A DNA stretch of 64,000 bases from a plasmid. A program made the translations under genes and the position numbers. Of the stretch, positions 31,396-41,239 are shown one piece after another (the stretch's first letter is position 1; each line of letters opens with the position of its first letter). Where the stretch lies: sequence record NZ_CP010801.1. One strand, written 5' to 3'. The notes under the pieces were generated by a model. The model was not told the origin of the DNA. It made no database searches and was given only the letters and a program-made list of their open reading frames with translations.

Positions 31396-32465
31396 AGAAG
31401 CCGATGCAAATTCTTTCCGTTGTGGCGCTGGTCGCCACGACTGCTGAGGCGTGGGGCATGAGCGCTGCGAACCCACAAGCCTGGGCCAACCCGGAGGGGA
31501 CAACCTCAGCGGCGGCCCCCAGCGTTCTCGGCGGTTCCGCGCCGATCGACCAAGCTCTCTCGATCATCATTCCAGAGCCTTGGAAAATCACTCTGGCGGC
31601 CAACGTTCCCGGCTCTTTGATGATGACCTGGCCGTCCTCGAGCGACTGGCGTGCAGCACTGCGCTCGGCCTGCGATGACATGGGCCTGCGCGCATCGATC
31701 GACCCCGTGCGCCAGACCGTGATGGTTGCGCCAGTACGCGTCACCAACCCCGCGCCGGCGAAGCCCCTTGCGGAGGACGCTATCACCGCCGCCTTGCCAC
31801 CCGAGAACGCCCCCGCGGCAGCGGCCAGCGATTCGACCCAGAAGCCGGATGCCTTGGTGCAGGTGGGGCGCACGGGAGCCGAACTGAATGGCACATGGCG
31901 CGAGTCTGTCCCTGCCGGTGAGCGTGTCATGCTGGTTGAGGCGATTCCCCGCTTGCTCCCTGCTTCGGAAAGCAAGGATGAAGTGCAAATCATCGGTCTG
32001 GACGCCAAGACGCCCGTGACCTGGAAGGCAGGGCCGCGTCTGCAAGCACTGACCAGTGTTGCATCGCAAGTCGGCGCACGTATCTCCGTCACGCCAGGCA
32101 GCGAAGTCGTGGCGACGCGCGCCATGCCTCCTGGGCGGGAAGCGCCTGCAACGTCCGTGCCGGTTGCGCAGGCAGCCGTCGCCCCTGAAAAGACTGCTGC
32201 CATAGCATCGCCGGGCATCACCCTCAGCGCGGGCCAACCCCTAGGCCAGCAACTCATGTCCATCGGCAGAGCACACGGTTGGACGGTGGTTTGGAACGCC
32301 GACCAAGACTGGATGGTGCCAGCCCCAGCCGCTTTCGAAGGTAGCTTCGACTCGGCCGCGCGTCAGATCATCAGCAACCTCGCAGCCAACGGCGCGGACG
32401 TGCGCGCCGATGTGTATATCGGGAATCAGACCATTGTTGTCCACGCCGCAGGAGAGTCGCATTGA
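31392..32465 (+). CDS. secreted pilus-biogenesis protein with two TcpQ/PilL-like repeats, hypothetical
   Basis: 357 aa with a signal peptide. Two segments of the form ...IIPEPWKITLAAN...W.AAL.SACDDMGL... and ...HGWTVVWNADQDWMVP...ARQIISNLAANGADV... resemble the TcpQ/PilL family. Confidence 0.45.
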   Translation: MKKPMQILSVVALVATTAEAWGMSAANPQAWANPEGTTSAAAPSVLGGSAPIDQALSIIIPEPWKITLAANVPGSLMMTWPSSSDWRAALRSACDDMGLRASIDPVRQTVMVAPVRVTNPAPAKPLAEDAITAALPPENAPAAAASDSTQKPDALVQVGRTGAELNGTWRESVPAGERVMLVEAIPRLLPASESKDEVQIIGLDAKTPVTWKAGPRLQALTSVASQVGARISVTPGSEVVATRAMPPGREAPATSVPVAQAAVAPEKTAAIASPGITLSAGQPLGQQLMSIGRAHGWTVVWNADQDWMVPAPAAFEGSFDSAARQIISNLAANGADVRADVYIGNQTIVVHAAGESH

Positions 32466-34177
32466 ATCGCAAACCGTTGTTCCATCGTGCCATCGCGCTG
32501 GCCGCATGCGCCTCCATGGTGGGCTGCGGCTCGATTGAGCAGACCCGCACACAAGCAAGGGATGTAGCCGACCAAGCTTCGCAAGCCGCCGCCAATGCCG
32601 CTCCGCAGTCCCGGCCAGTGGTGGTCGAACATCAGGCAGCCTGGCTTGCCGGTGATGCGATCGCCGTGAGCCGGCCCCAGCCGGCCATCCTCGACAAGCA
32701 GGTAGTTTTCAACGTCGCAAGCTCCGGCTCTTGGTCGTTGCGCGACTACTCGGACTGGATCTCGCAAAATGTCGGTGCCGTCACGCATCTGAGTGATTCG
32801 GCTCTATCCAGCACGCCGATCAGGGAAGGGGCCGCCACGGGCGGCTATGCGGCACCCACCAACGCCGGCGCCGGCTCGACCGCGATTCCTCCATTCCCTG
32901 GGATGCAGATGCCGGCGGCGTCGCCTGCTGCTGCTTCCACAATGGCGATGCCTGCGCTGCCGTCGGCTGTCGCCAGCATGGCCACGGATTCGCGCCCATT
33001 GCGCTTTACGGGCGACCTGAAGGGCTTTCTGGACCTGATCACTGGGCGCTTTGGCGTGTACTGGGCGTATCGCAATGGCCAGATCGAGATCTTCAAGACA
33101 ACCACGCATACGTGGAGCATTCCCACCCTGCCGGTGCAGGCCAAAAGCTCGGGCTCGATCTCTACCAGCGGTTCTCTGTCGGGCAACAACGGTAACACCG
33201 GAACGGCGGGCGGGACCACGTCCTCTGGAACGAGTGGCGCTGGCGGCGGCGGAAGCACAAATGCCGACATTGCTCTGAGCGTCAACTACTGGGCGGACCT
33301 GCAAACCACCGCAAAGGCGATTGCGGGCCCCGGCGCTGAGTCGATCGTCGACAAATCGTTCGGTACGCTCACCGTCACAGGCCAGCCGCCCCAAATTGAG
33401 CGCGTCAACGAGTGGGTCAAGACCCTGACGTCCCACTTGCAAAAGCAAGTAGCCATCGACGTGCGCGTGTTCAAGGTGCACGTCAACCGCGAGGACAACT
33501 ACGGGTTGAACCTCTCGCTGGCCGTCAACACCCTCTATCAGGGCAACCAAAACGGCGCCAAGTTCACCGTGACGTCCGCCGCGGCCCCGTCTGTGACTTC
33601 CGGCGTGACCCCGGTGCAGTTCGGCGCATCAATCTTGAGCGGCACGCTCAGCGGCACAAACGCCGCAGTCCAAGCGCTTTCGACCATGGGTAACGTGTCG
33701 CAGGTGTTCAGTCGTTCTGGCGTAACGATGAACGGCCAAATGCTCAACCTGCAGGCCGCGCAAACACAGAGCTACCTGGCCTCAAGCCAGACAACGCTCA
33801 CGTCGACCTCTGGCTCGAGCACTGCGCTGCAGCCGGGTTCGGTCACGTATGGCTTCACCGGCGTCTTTCTCCCCAAGTACGTGAACGACCGGATCATGCT
33901 GGAACTCAACATGACCCTGTCGAACCTGCTTGGTATCTCAACCTTCACCAGCAATGGCAGTTCGATTCAGTTGCCGTCGCTCTCGTCGGCAACGCTGCAA
34001 CAATCTGTGGCACTCAAGCCTGGTCAGACCCTCGTGCTCACTGGCTACGAGCAACAGACCGCCTCCAATACGAACAACGGCGTAGGGTCTCCCAACTTTG
34101 CCCTGTTCGGCGGCGGGGTCGAAGCTCAGCGCGCGCGTGACGTTCTGGCCATCGTTGTTACGGCGAGGTTGCTGTGA
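32462..34177 (+). CDS. pilN: type IVb pilus secretin lipoprotein (PilN/BfpB/TcpC-like)
   Basis: 571 aa with lipobox MVGCGS and a Gly/Ser/Thr-rich linker. The C-terminal secretin domain reads ...VALKPGQTLVLTGYEQQ...NFALFGGG...RDVLAIVVTARLL. Confidence 0.8.
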   Translation: MNRKPLFHRAIALAACASMVGCGSIEQTRTQARDVADQASQAAANAAPQSRPVVVEHQAAWLAGDAIAVSRPQPAILDKQVVFNVASSGSWSLRDYSDWISQNVGAVTHLSDSALSSTPIREGAATGGYAAPTNAGAGSTAIPPFPGMQMPAASPAAASTMAMPALPSAVASMATDSRPLRFTGDLKGFLDLITGRFGVYWAYRNGQIEIFKTTTHTWSIPTLPVQAKSSGSISTSGSLSGNNGNTGTAGGTTSSGTSGAGGGGSTNADIALSVNYWADLQTTAKAIAGPGAESIVDKSFGTLTVTGQPPQIERVNEWVKTLTSHLQKQVAIDVRVFKVHVNREDNYGLNLSLAVNTLYQGNQNGAKFTVTSAAAPSVTSGVTPVQFGASILSGTLSGTNAAVQALSTMGNVSQVFSRSGVTMNGQMLNLQAAQTQSYLASSQTTLTSTSGSSTALQPGSVTYGFTGVFLPKYVNDRIMLELNMTLSNLLGISTFTSNGSSIQLPSLSSATLQQSVALKPGQTLVLTGYEQQTASNTNNGVGSPNFALFGGGVEAQRARDVLAIVVTARLL

Positions 34178-35421
34178 CGATCATCCAACTCCCTGGTTTC
34201 GATCGGGACAGTTTCTTACTGGGGCTGTCCTGGCGACATCTGGACAGCCAGCCCAAACCGGCTCTCCTGCGCTCGATGGCGGAAGAGCGCGGCGAGATCT
34301 ACGCGGTCTATCACACGATCGATGCGGCTTGGCAAGCTGGCTTTTCCCAGCCGCCAAGCGATATGCCGAGCGACACGAAGATGGCGCGGATGTACGCGCT
34401 TGCGCCGCTTATCGCTGCCTTACGTCCGGCGCCATGGCGCGCCGTCTTCGACATCGGCAATGGTCTGTACTGGTATCTGGCTGTTCGAGATCAGCAGGAG
34501 ATCATCCCGGAGGGCGATTTCGTCGGGTCCATAGACGCAGTGTCGCAGCTGCGTTCTCAGCACGATGCCTACGGTGTTTGGAATGACTACGACGAAGACG
34601 CCTCGCTGCAGGGGCTCGCCGACGCCGTTCGCAATCTGGCTATCAAGCGCAAGCCGGTGCGGCGTCTGACCGCTGGAGGGACAAGCAAGAGGATCATCCT
34701 CGCTTCCTGCTCTTCGGTCATATTGCTGGCCGTGCTTGCCGGGGGTTGGTGGGCGTACCACAACCAGCAAGTTGCAAAGCAACGCGCGCTCGAACTGGCC
34801 CGGTTGCGTGCCGCGGCGGAGCAAAACAAGCCCAAGCCGGTCATCCCCCCGTGGTTCCGTGTGCCGCAGCCGGATTACGTGTTGGACAGCTGTGCAGAAC
34901 TGTGGCGCCAGCAGTCGTTGAGTACCGATGGCTGGGACCTGTCGTCATGGAAATGCAGCCTCGCTGGCGCACAGGTTTCCGCCGAGGCGAATTATTCACG
35001 CAACGGCGGCTTAGCCGAAAACGCACCCGGCGCTCTCGACCCGAGCGGGAATAAATCTGTGGCGTATTCATCCGCGGCGCTCGGTGTCTTGGCAGAAGAT
35101 CACTCGGTGATGGTCCAGGAAGGCGCGCAGCGCCGCATCTGGTCGTTTGCGCAGCAATATGACCTCGCGCTGAACTTGGGCATTGTTCCACGGCCGCAAG
35201 TGCTCCCAGGCAAAGAACCCCCGCCGCTTGATCCCTGGGTGGCACAAAGCGTGGGCTTAACCCTGTCCTCGTCGCCATGGGATTTAGGCCTGCAGTTTGA
35301 CGCTGTGCCGGGACTTCGCGTATCCAGCGTGACGTTCGATGGCGCGGTCTGGAGCGTTCAGGCACAACTGTATTCGGCCCGCCAAAACGGTGCCATTCCA
35401 CTTCCGACTGGAGCTACTTGA
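34174..35421 (+). CDS. type IVb pilus biogenesis protein (PilO-like)
   Basis: 415 aa with a single TM helix (IILASCSSVILLAVLAGGWWAY). The call rests on its position and architecture matching PilO/BfpC-like assembly proteins. Confidence 0.5.
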   Translation: MTIIQLPGFDRDSFLLGLSWRHLDSQPKPALLRSMAEERGEIYAVYHTIDAAWQAGFSQPPSDMPSDTKMARMYALAPLIAALRPAPWRAVFDIGNGLYWYLAVRDQQEIIPEGDFVGSIDAVSQLRSQHDAYGVWNDYDEDASLQGLADAVRNLAIKRKPVRRLTAGGTSKRIILASCSSVILLAVLAGGWWAYHNQQVAKQRALELARLRAAAEQNKPKPVIPPWFRVPQPDYVLDSCAELWRQQSLSTDGWDLSSWKCSLAGAQVSAEANYSRNGGLAENAPGALDPSGNKSVAYSSAALGVLAEDHSVMVQEGAQRRIWSFAQQYDLALNLGIVPRPQVLPGKEPPPLDPWVAQSVGLTLSSSPWDLGLQFDAVPGLRVSSVTFDGAVWSVQAQLYSARQNGAIPLPTGAT

Positions 35422-36029
35422 TGCTCAAATCCCGTACTCTTCTCGCCACGGCATCGCTTTGCCTGACCTGCGGCGCAACGCAAGCCCAGCAACCGGTGGC
35501 ATTGGGCGCTAGTGCCCCCATGGCAGTACCGGCGTCCGCAACATCGGCAGCGCCGCCGGCCATGCAGGTGGTCAACAAAGTCAACACGCCGATGTCGCAG
35601 CCGGGTTCGCGTGCCGATCAGCTGTCGCAGCTGAATGCGGAAATCCCACTGCTTGAGGCACAGGCAAAGATCGCGAAGCTGAAGGAGCAAATCGCGCACC
35701 CTTCCGGCGGCTCCCAGGGCCCCCAATCGGCTGCACCTGGCTTTGGCATTGGCAGTGCTCCATCTCCCCTTGGCGTGGCTGCGCAAGGTATCGGTGTCCC
35801 TGCTCAGTCTATCCAAGCCAGCGCAGGCAAGGCGGGCGCACGCACGTCCCAGCCGCAGGTGCTGGCGATCACGGGCTACAACGGCAAGCTCCAGGCAATC
35901 GTCCGTATGGGCGCCGAGCAACACATCGTTAACCGCGGCGCTACCGTGGACGGCTGGCTCGTCGCTGATGTGATGCCATCGGCAGTTGTGTTTTCGCGGT
36001 CCGGAAAATCGGTAACGATCCGCCCGTGA
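35421..36029 (+). CDS. type IVb pilus biogenesis protein (PilP-like)
   Basis: 202 aa with a signal peptide. The C-terminal ...IVNRGATVDGWLVADVMPSAVVFSRSGKSVTI is PilP-like. Confidence 0.5.
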   Translation: MLKSRTLLATASLCLTCGATQAQQPVALGASAPMAVPASATSAAPPAMQVVNKVNTPMSQPGSRADQLSQLNAEIPLLEAQAKIAKLKEQIAHPSGGSQGPQSAAPGFGIGSAPSPLGVAAQGIGVPAQSIQASAGKAGARTSQPQVLAITGYNGKLQAIVRMGAEQHIVNRGATVDGWLVADVMPSAVVFSRSGKSVTIRP

Positions 36030-36037
36030 GGGGAAGC

Positions 36038-37852
36038 ATGATGCGTCTGCTGACGGCGAAAGCCGGCTTTCAGCCCGAAGACCCCACGAACGGCGCCCGT
36101 GCGTCCGTTGCTGGGGTAATCGAGCCTCCAATGCGCGCTGAATTGCCTGCTTTGCCAGAGGTGCTTCGCGATGTAGTCGTAATCGATCCATCGCCGCAGG
36201 AAGATACGCGGGCGGGCTTGGAAGCGATCGCTCTGGCCATGCGGTGGATCGACCAGCGAGACGTTCAAAGTGCGCCACCACACAACGCCGACACGGAAGA
36301 CTTCGAGCGCCTGACGTTCATTTCCAAGTTGCTCGATGCCGATCAGATCCGCATCGCCAAGACGTTGCGTCATGTCGTCCTCTACGTGGACGAGCGGTAC
36401 ACCGCGCACCCAGCGCTCCTCATGTGGCGCAAAGACGCCTCAGACCTTGGTTTCTTCTGCATCACCCAACCCAGGGAGTTGAAGGAACTGAGAGAGGACA
36501 AGGTTCGCCTGAGCGCCGCAAGTAACGTACAGCGCGACTCGGCAAACCTTTCGACGCTAAATGCTGCGCGCGACCTCATCTTGCACGGCGCTGCCCTCGG
36601 GGCGAGCGATCTGCATATCCTGCTGCGCGAGGACATCGCCGAGGTGCAATACCGAGTCAAAGGCGCGCTTCGCTCGGCGCTGCAAATGAGCCGCGACGAG
36701 GGCGAGGCCTACATCCGTTCGATGTACACGGGACTTTCCTCGGTCAAGGAAGCGATCTACAACCCGTTTGAATTTCAAGACGCCCAGATCAACGGTTCGG
36801 ACCTGCCCGGAAGCGGCTTGGCGTCAGTGCGGATCATCCGGGGACCAGCCTACCCTGTGGAGACGGGCGGCGGCTTCCTCGTCGCACGCTTGCAACCACT
36901 GAAGAAGAGCACAGGTCAAGCGGACGTGACACGGATTCCGTTCACGCTCAGGACACCGCGCTCTCCGCTCGGCTCCCTGCCGCTCAAGCAGATGGGGTAC
37001 TCCGATTTGCAGGTCCGACTCCTGGAGCGTATGACGCGTATGCCATCGGGCGTCATCGTCGTTACGGGGCCGACGGGTAGCGGAAAGACGACAACCCTGT
37101 ACGAGCTCCTCAAGCATCAAGCCAGGCAGTTCCCTGACAGCCGCCAGATCACCATCGAGAACCCTGTCGAGTACCCGATGGATTGGTCGGTGCAGCTGCC
37201 CGTAACAAAGTCCTCGAACCTGTCTTTCGGCGATATGGTGCGTATGACGCTGCGGATGGACCCGGACGTCGTGCTCGTAGGCGAACTGCGCAGCGCTGAT
37301 GAAGCCGTGGCCGCCCTGCAAGAGGCAATGACCGGCCACCTTGTCTGGACGACGCTTCACGTGAACGACCCATTCATGACAATCGACCGCATGGAAATGC
37401 TCGATCGCGGGCAGTTGTCGCGCGAGATCATCTGCGATCACAAACTGCTGCGCGGATTCGTGGCGCAGCGCCTGGTGCCGGTGCTGTGCGATCACTGCAA
37501 GCGTCCCTTGACCGAGATCGCTGAGGATCTTCCCGCGGATATGCTCGACGCGCTGGAGACCTGGGGGCCGATCGATTCCATGCGGGTGCGCGGCGCAGGT
37601 TGCGACCATTGCCATGACGAGAAGATCCAGGGCGTAACCGCTGTGGCCGAGGTAGTGGAAACCAGCGCAGCACTGATGCGCGACTTCATCAAGCTTGGCA
37701 CCGACGAAGCCCGTCGGCAACAACGCCAGCGAGAAGGGGCCGACCTGTCCATGCTCAGTAACGCAATGGTCGGGGTTCTCAGCGGCCGATTCGATCCGCG
37801 CGACGTCGAGCGCGCCGTAGACATCATCACCACGAAAGGAGCACAAGATTGA
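36038..37852 (+). CDS. pilQ: type IV pilus assembly ATPase (GspE/PilB family; PilQ of R64/PAPI-1-type clusters)
   Basis: Walker A VVTGPTGSGKTTTLYELL, the GspE signature and a C-terminal Cys cluster (CDHCKRP...CDHCHDE). Confidence 0.85.
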   Translation: MMRLLTAKAGFQPEDPTNGARASVAGVIEPPMRAELPALPEVLRDVVVIDPSPQEDTRAGLEAIALAMRWIDQRDVQSAPPHNADTEDFERLTFISKLLDADQIRIAKTLRHVVLYVDERYTAHPALLMWRKDASDLGFFCITQPRELKELREDKVRLSAASNVQRDSANLSTLNAARDLILHGAALGASDLHILLREDIAEVQYRVKGALRSALQMSRDEGEAYIRSMYTGLSSVKEAIYNPFEFQDAQINGSDLPGSGLASVRIIRGPAYPVETGGGFLVARLQPLKKSTGQADVTRIPFTLRTPRSPLGSLPLKQMGYSDLQVRLLERMTRMPSGVIVVTGPTGSGKTTTLYELLKHQARQFPDSRQITIENPVEYPMDWSVQLPVTKSSNLSFGDMVRMTLRMDPDVVLVGELRSADEAVAALQEAMTGHLVWTTLHVNDPFMTIDRMEMLDRGQLSREIICDHKLLRGFVAQRLVPVLCDHCKRPLTEIAEDLPADMLDALETWGPIDSMRVRGAGCDHCHDEKIQGVTAVAEVVETSAALMRDFIKLGTDEARRQQRQREGADLSMLSNAMVGVLSGRFDPRDVERAVDIITTKGAQD

Positions 37853-38898
37853 AATTCTTTAAGCCCGGGCTGTCTTGGTCGACGCGCAAGATGCTATATC
37901 AGCAGTTGGCGTCGCAGCTCGACAACGGCCGTCCGCTCGTCGAGGCAATGGAGGACTTCCGCGATCGATTGGCGAGACGCGGGCGTAAAGGGCTGGCACA
38001 GGCGATGCGTGAAGCCACCAGTTGCCTGAAAGACGGAAAGACCTTTGTGCAGTCGATGGGGCCAACGCTCTCGCCAATGGAGCGCAGTGTGCTGGCATCT
38101 GGCGAGAAGGCAGGCCAGTTGACCAATTCGATGCGCCTGGTGCTCGACGTTCGCGATCGTGTAACGCGCATACAGCGCAAGGTGATGAGCTACTTCACCG
38201 CACCGATTGTGTACCTGATCACTCTGCTGGCCTCGTTGTACGTCATCGGCTCAAGCGTTGTACCGCCACTGGCGCAGGTAGTGCCTGTAAGCAAGTGGAC
38301 GGGATGGGCCTATGGGATGTATCTGATGGGAGCCGTCGCAACGGGATGGGGGATGGTAATTACGGTTTCCCTCCTGGTCGTGCTAGGCGCCACGGTCATC
38401 TGGTCACTTCCACGCTGGACGGGCAGGGGACGAGCCTTTTGCGACCAATATGTCTTTCCCTACAACGTCTATCGCGAAGTGCAGGGCTTTGCATGGCTGC
38501 TGTCGTTCACCGCGCTTTTGCGCGCGGGCGTGCCAGACACCACCGCACTGCAAGATCAGCTGACATCAGCCTCACCGTGGCTCGCGTCGCGCTTGCGACC
38601 TGTGATGATCGGTTTGCGCGACGGCCTTAACTTGTCGGCCGCACTGCGCCGAACCGGGCTGGGCTTCCCCTCGATCGACCTGATCGATGAAGTTGCCGCC
38701 TACATGAACTTCCCGGATTTTCCGGAAAAGATTGACAACGTTGCGCGGGACTACTCCGAATTCCTGGAACGCAAGATGATGATCATCGGCGGAGCAATCG
38801 GCGGCGTGTTCTCGATGGCCATGTTTATGGCCTTTGGTGTCATCACCATCGGTGCCAATACGATTTCGGATCTCATCACAAAAAGCGTTGGAGCGTAG
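37849..38898 (+). CDS. pilR: type IV pilus inner-membrane platform protein (GspF/PilC family; PilR)
   Basis: 349 aa with a TTG start after AAAGGA. It has a GspF-like cytoplasmic domain plus three TM helices. Confidence 0.75.
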   Translation: MKFFKPGLSWSTRKMLYQQLASQLDNGRPLVEAMEDFRDRLARRGRKGLAQAMREATSCLKDGKTFVQSMGPTLSPMERSVLASGEKAGQLTNSMRLVLDVRDRVTRIQRKVMSYFTAPIVYLITLLASLYVIGSSVVPPLAQVVPVSKWTGWAYGMYLMGAVATGWGMVITVSLLVVLGATVIWSLPRWTGRGRAFCDQYVFPYNVYREVQGFAWLLSFTALLRAGVPDTTALQDQLTSASPWLASRLRPVMIGLRDGLNLSAALRRTGLGFPSIDLIDEVAAYMNFPDFPEKIDNVARDYSEFLERKMMIIGGAIGGVFSMAMFMAFGVITIGANTISDLITKSVGA

Positions 38899-39090
38899 TG
38901 CCGGGGCGTTCGTAACAATTGAGTGTTGACATGGTGTCCTATTGGGCTTTTTTTTGCTTTACAATCTTCTAAGGATGCGCAACAGCCCAACTTACAATCT
39001 GTCGTTTGATTGTCAGCGTTATCGCGTCGTACGGCTACTGTGCTTGGTAGTTCCTGTCCCCCAATATTCTTTCTTCTGTGAGGTCATTCG

Positions 39091-39615
39091 ATGGATTCAA
39101 TTCTTGGTCGTATCGCTGCGACCGTTCTCGGCCTGTTGGTTCTTGCCGCAGTTGGTCTGGGCATCTACAAGGCGTTCTCAGGCAACAAGGTCGGTCAGAC
39201 CACCACTGATCTGAGCTTGCTGCAAACCAACGCGCGCGCGCAGTACAGCCAGGGTGCTAACGGCTACGCGAACTTCAACGTCGCAGCTGGCACGCCGACC
39301 GCTGGCATTGTGGATTCGACCGGTAATTCGGCGGTCATTCCGACCGACATGCTGCGTGCAGGCCGGGTCGTGGACGCATGGGGTAATGACGTGACGATCG
39401 CTCCTACGTCGAACAACCAGCAATTCGCTGTGACGGTTGGCGGCACGGGTCTGACCGCAAGCCAGTGCTCGCAGATCCTCACCAGCCTGACGGGCTGGAC
39501 CCGGGTTGCCACAAGCACCGGTCAGAGTTTCACGACCGGGAATCCCCCCGATGCCACAACCGCCGGCGCTGCGTGCATGAACGACGGCGAAACCATTACG
39601 GTCACTATGCAATAA
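39091..39615 (+). CDS. putative major pilin (PilS-like)
   Basis: 174 aa with an N-terminal hydrophobic helix (RIAATVLGLLVLAAVGLGIY), Gly/Thr-rich composition and two C-terminal Cys residues. It follows a 190-bp intergenic region. It has no canonical GFxxxE prepilin motif. Confidence 0.45.
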   Translation: MDSILGRIAATVLGLLVLAAVGLGIYKAFSGNKVGQTTTDLSLLQTNARAQYSQGANGYANFNVAAGTPTAGIVDSTGNSAVIPTDMLRAGRVVDAWGNDVTIAPTSNNQQFAVTVGGTGLTASQCSQILTSLTGWTRVATSTGQSFTTGNPPDATTAGAACMNDGETITVTMQ

Positions 39616-39718
39616 ACCGTTTCGCTATCGTCAATACGGCCGGCGCAGCCGGCCGTTGCCTTTCTACCGTATTCCCGCTTTACCCCGACAACCACAGCGC
39701 GCAGAAGACCGTCGTGAC

Positions 39719-40753
39719 ATGCATCTGACCCCGCCTACGCCGACCGACGACGCGGTCATCAGTGCCATCGATCCTGCCGAGGCGGATGGGGCGGCGTCGC
39801 GCCTCGCGTTCCTTGAATTCTCCGACCTGTACCTGGAGCCTAACGGTGCCGCTTGGTACAAGACCGCACCGGACGACAACGTTCGCAACACCCTGGAAGG
39901 CCCATATCTTGAGGATGTGCAGTATCTGCGCGAGCAGTTGCTCAAGCACGTCGGAAGCGTGGATTTTCTGATGGACATCCAGGGGGTACGACTGCGCGTG
40001 CAGTGCATCTCCACAGTCGACGGCGACGTGTATGTGTGCCGCCGAGCCGCGAAGACACCGATGCCGGTAGAACGGCTGGGCTACCCGGCAGAATTGATCA
40101 AGTCGCTCCTGTCTGACGCATTCACTGGCGGTGGCCTCATTCTGTTCACAGGTGCCACCGGCAGCGGAAAAAGCACATCGCTCGCCTCCATATTGGCCGC
40201 GCGCCTGAAGTTGTTTGGCGGGGTGGCGTGGACTGCTGAAAATCCGGTCGAGACGCTGCTCCATGGCACGCATGGTTCTGGCGTCTGCTACCAAACTGAA
40301 GTACCTCGCGATGAGGATTTTGGGATGGCCATCCAGCGCATGTTGAGGGGCGCGCCGAACATCATCGTCATTGGCGAGATCCGCAGCGCTAAAGCTGCGG
40401 CTCAGGCCGTACTGGCGGGCACGAGCGGACATCTCGTGTTGTCCACGCTGCACGCCAACGACATCCAGTCTGCGCTGCATCGTCTCAAAAGCATGCTCGT
40501 CCACGAAGGACTGGATGGTGCGTTTCTTGGCGACGCTATGGGGGCAGTGCTGCATCAATCGATGTCTTATGCGCGCGCACCAGATCGCAACCGTCGCGTC
40601 GTGACCGTGTCTCCTCTCATCGTAGCCGGCAGCCGTAACGCTACGGCCATCCGCGCGCATATGCGCGGCGGCGAATTTCATCAGCTGTCCTCGGAAATCG
40701 AACGCCAGAAACGGGTGCTACTGATTCCCGGGCAAGCAGGAGGAATGCTATGA
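39719..40753 (+). CDS. PilT-like type IV pilus ATPase (second GspE-family ATPase of the cluster)
   Basis: Walker A ILFTGATGSGKSTSLASIL and the Walker B / His box ...IIVIGEIRSAKAAAQAVLAGTSGHLVLSTLHAND... Confidence 0.8.
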   Translation: MHLTPPTPTDDAVISAIDPAEADGAASRLAFLEFSDLYLEPNGAAWYKTAPDDNVRNTLEGPYLEDVQYLREQLLKHVGSVDFLMDIQGVRLRVQCISTVDGDVYVCRRAAKTPMPVERLGYPAELIKSLLSDAFTGGGLILFTGATGSGKSTSLASILAARLKLFGGVAWTAENPVETLLHGTHGSGVCYQTEVPRDEDFGMAIQRMLRGAPNIIVIGEIRSAKAAAQAVLAGTSGHLVLSTLHANDIQSALHRLKSMLVHEGLDGAFLGDAMGAVLHQSMSYARAPDRNRRVVTVSPLIVAGSRNATAIRAHMRGGEFHQLSSEIERQKRVLLIPGQAGGML

Positions 40754-41229
40754 GCTTCGCGTGGGTGCCGATGGCCCTCATGATCTTCTTCGCCGGCCTG
40801 ATTGCACAAGCATTCGACACCGCCCAGGCGGTGCCCGGGGCGGGCGCCGCCGGCCAAATGCAGGCTGTCGCTCGCGTGCGCGCGCAGCAAATCGCCGTAT
40901 TCAGCTCTGCCTGCTCGCAAGCCGCAACGGCGAGTCCAGGTCTGGTATCTCCCAATATCGCAGTCGCACTGCCCAACGGGGTTGCCATTGCGCCAGGCGC
41001 TACATGCATGACCACGTCTGCGCCCGGCGGAGGGCGCTACGTCTATGCATGGATGCCGGCCAATGGAGGCACTTCCGCACAGGTCTATGCCATCACCCAA
41101 AGCGACCGGGCTTGGTGGCGCGTAACTGCCACGGGCATCGGCACAAATATGACGGATGCACAGACGCTGGCCTTCCCGGCGAGTATCACGGCGCCTGCCA
41201 TCGTGCGCTTTACCCAAGTCAACCCGTAA
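40750..41229 (+). CDS. pilin-like small protein, hypothetical
   Basis: 159 aa with an N-terminal hydrophobic helix (VPMALMIFFAGLIAQAF). It is coupled to the pilT-like gene. Confidence 0.4.
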   Translation: MSFAWVPMALMIFFAGLIAQAFDTAQAVPGAGAAGQMQAVARVRAQQIAVFSSACSQAATASPGLVSPNIAVALPNGVAIAPGATCMTTSAPGGGRYVYAWMPANGGTSAQVYAITQSDRAWWRVTATGIGTNMTDAQTLAFPASITAPAIVRFTQVNP

Positions 41230-41239
41230 GGAATTCATT

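Noticed and set aside
31361-32263. 300-aa minus-strand ORF and the neighbouring 243-aa ORF
   Set aside because: Antisense to the secreted pilus-biogenesis gene, with no motifs.
35358-37846. Minus-strand ORFs of 307, 177 and 340 aa
   Set aside because: Antisense to the pilP-like gene and the pilQ ATPase, whose plus-strand products carry unambiguous Walker/GspE motifs.
39680-40681. 333-aa minus-strand ORF
   Set aside because: Antisense to the PilT-like ATPase gene.
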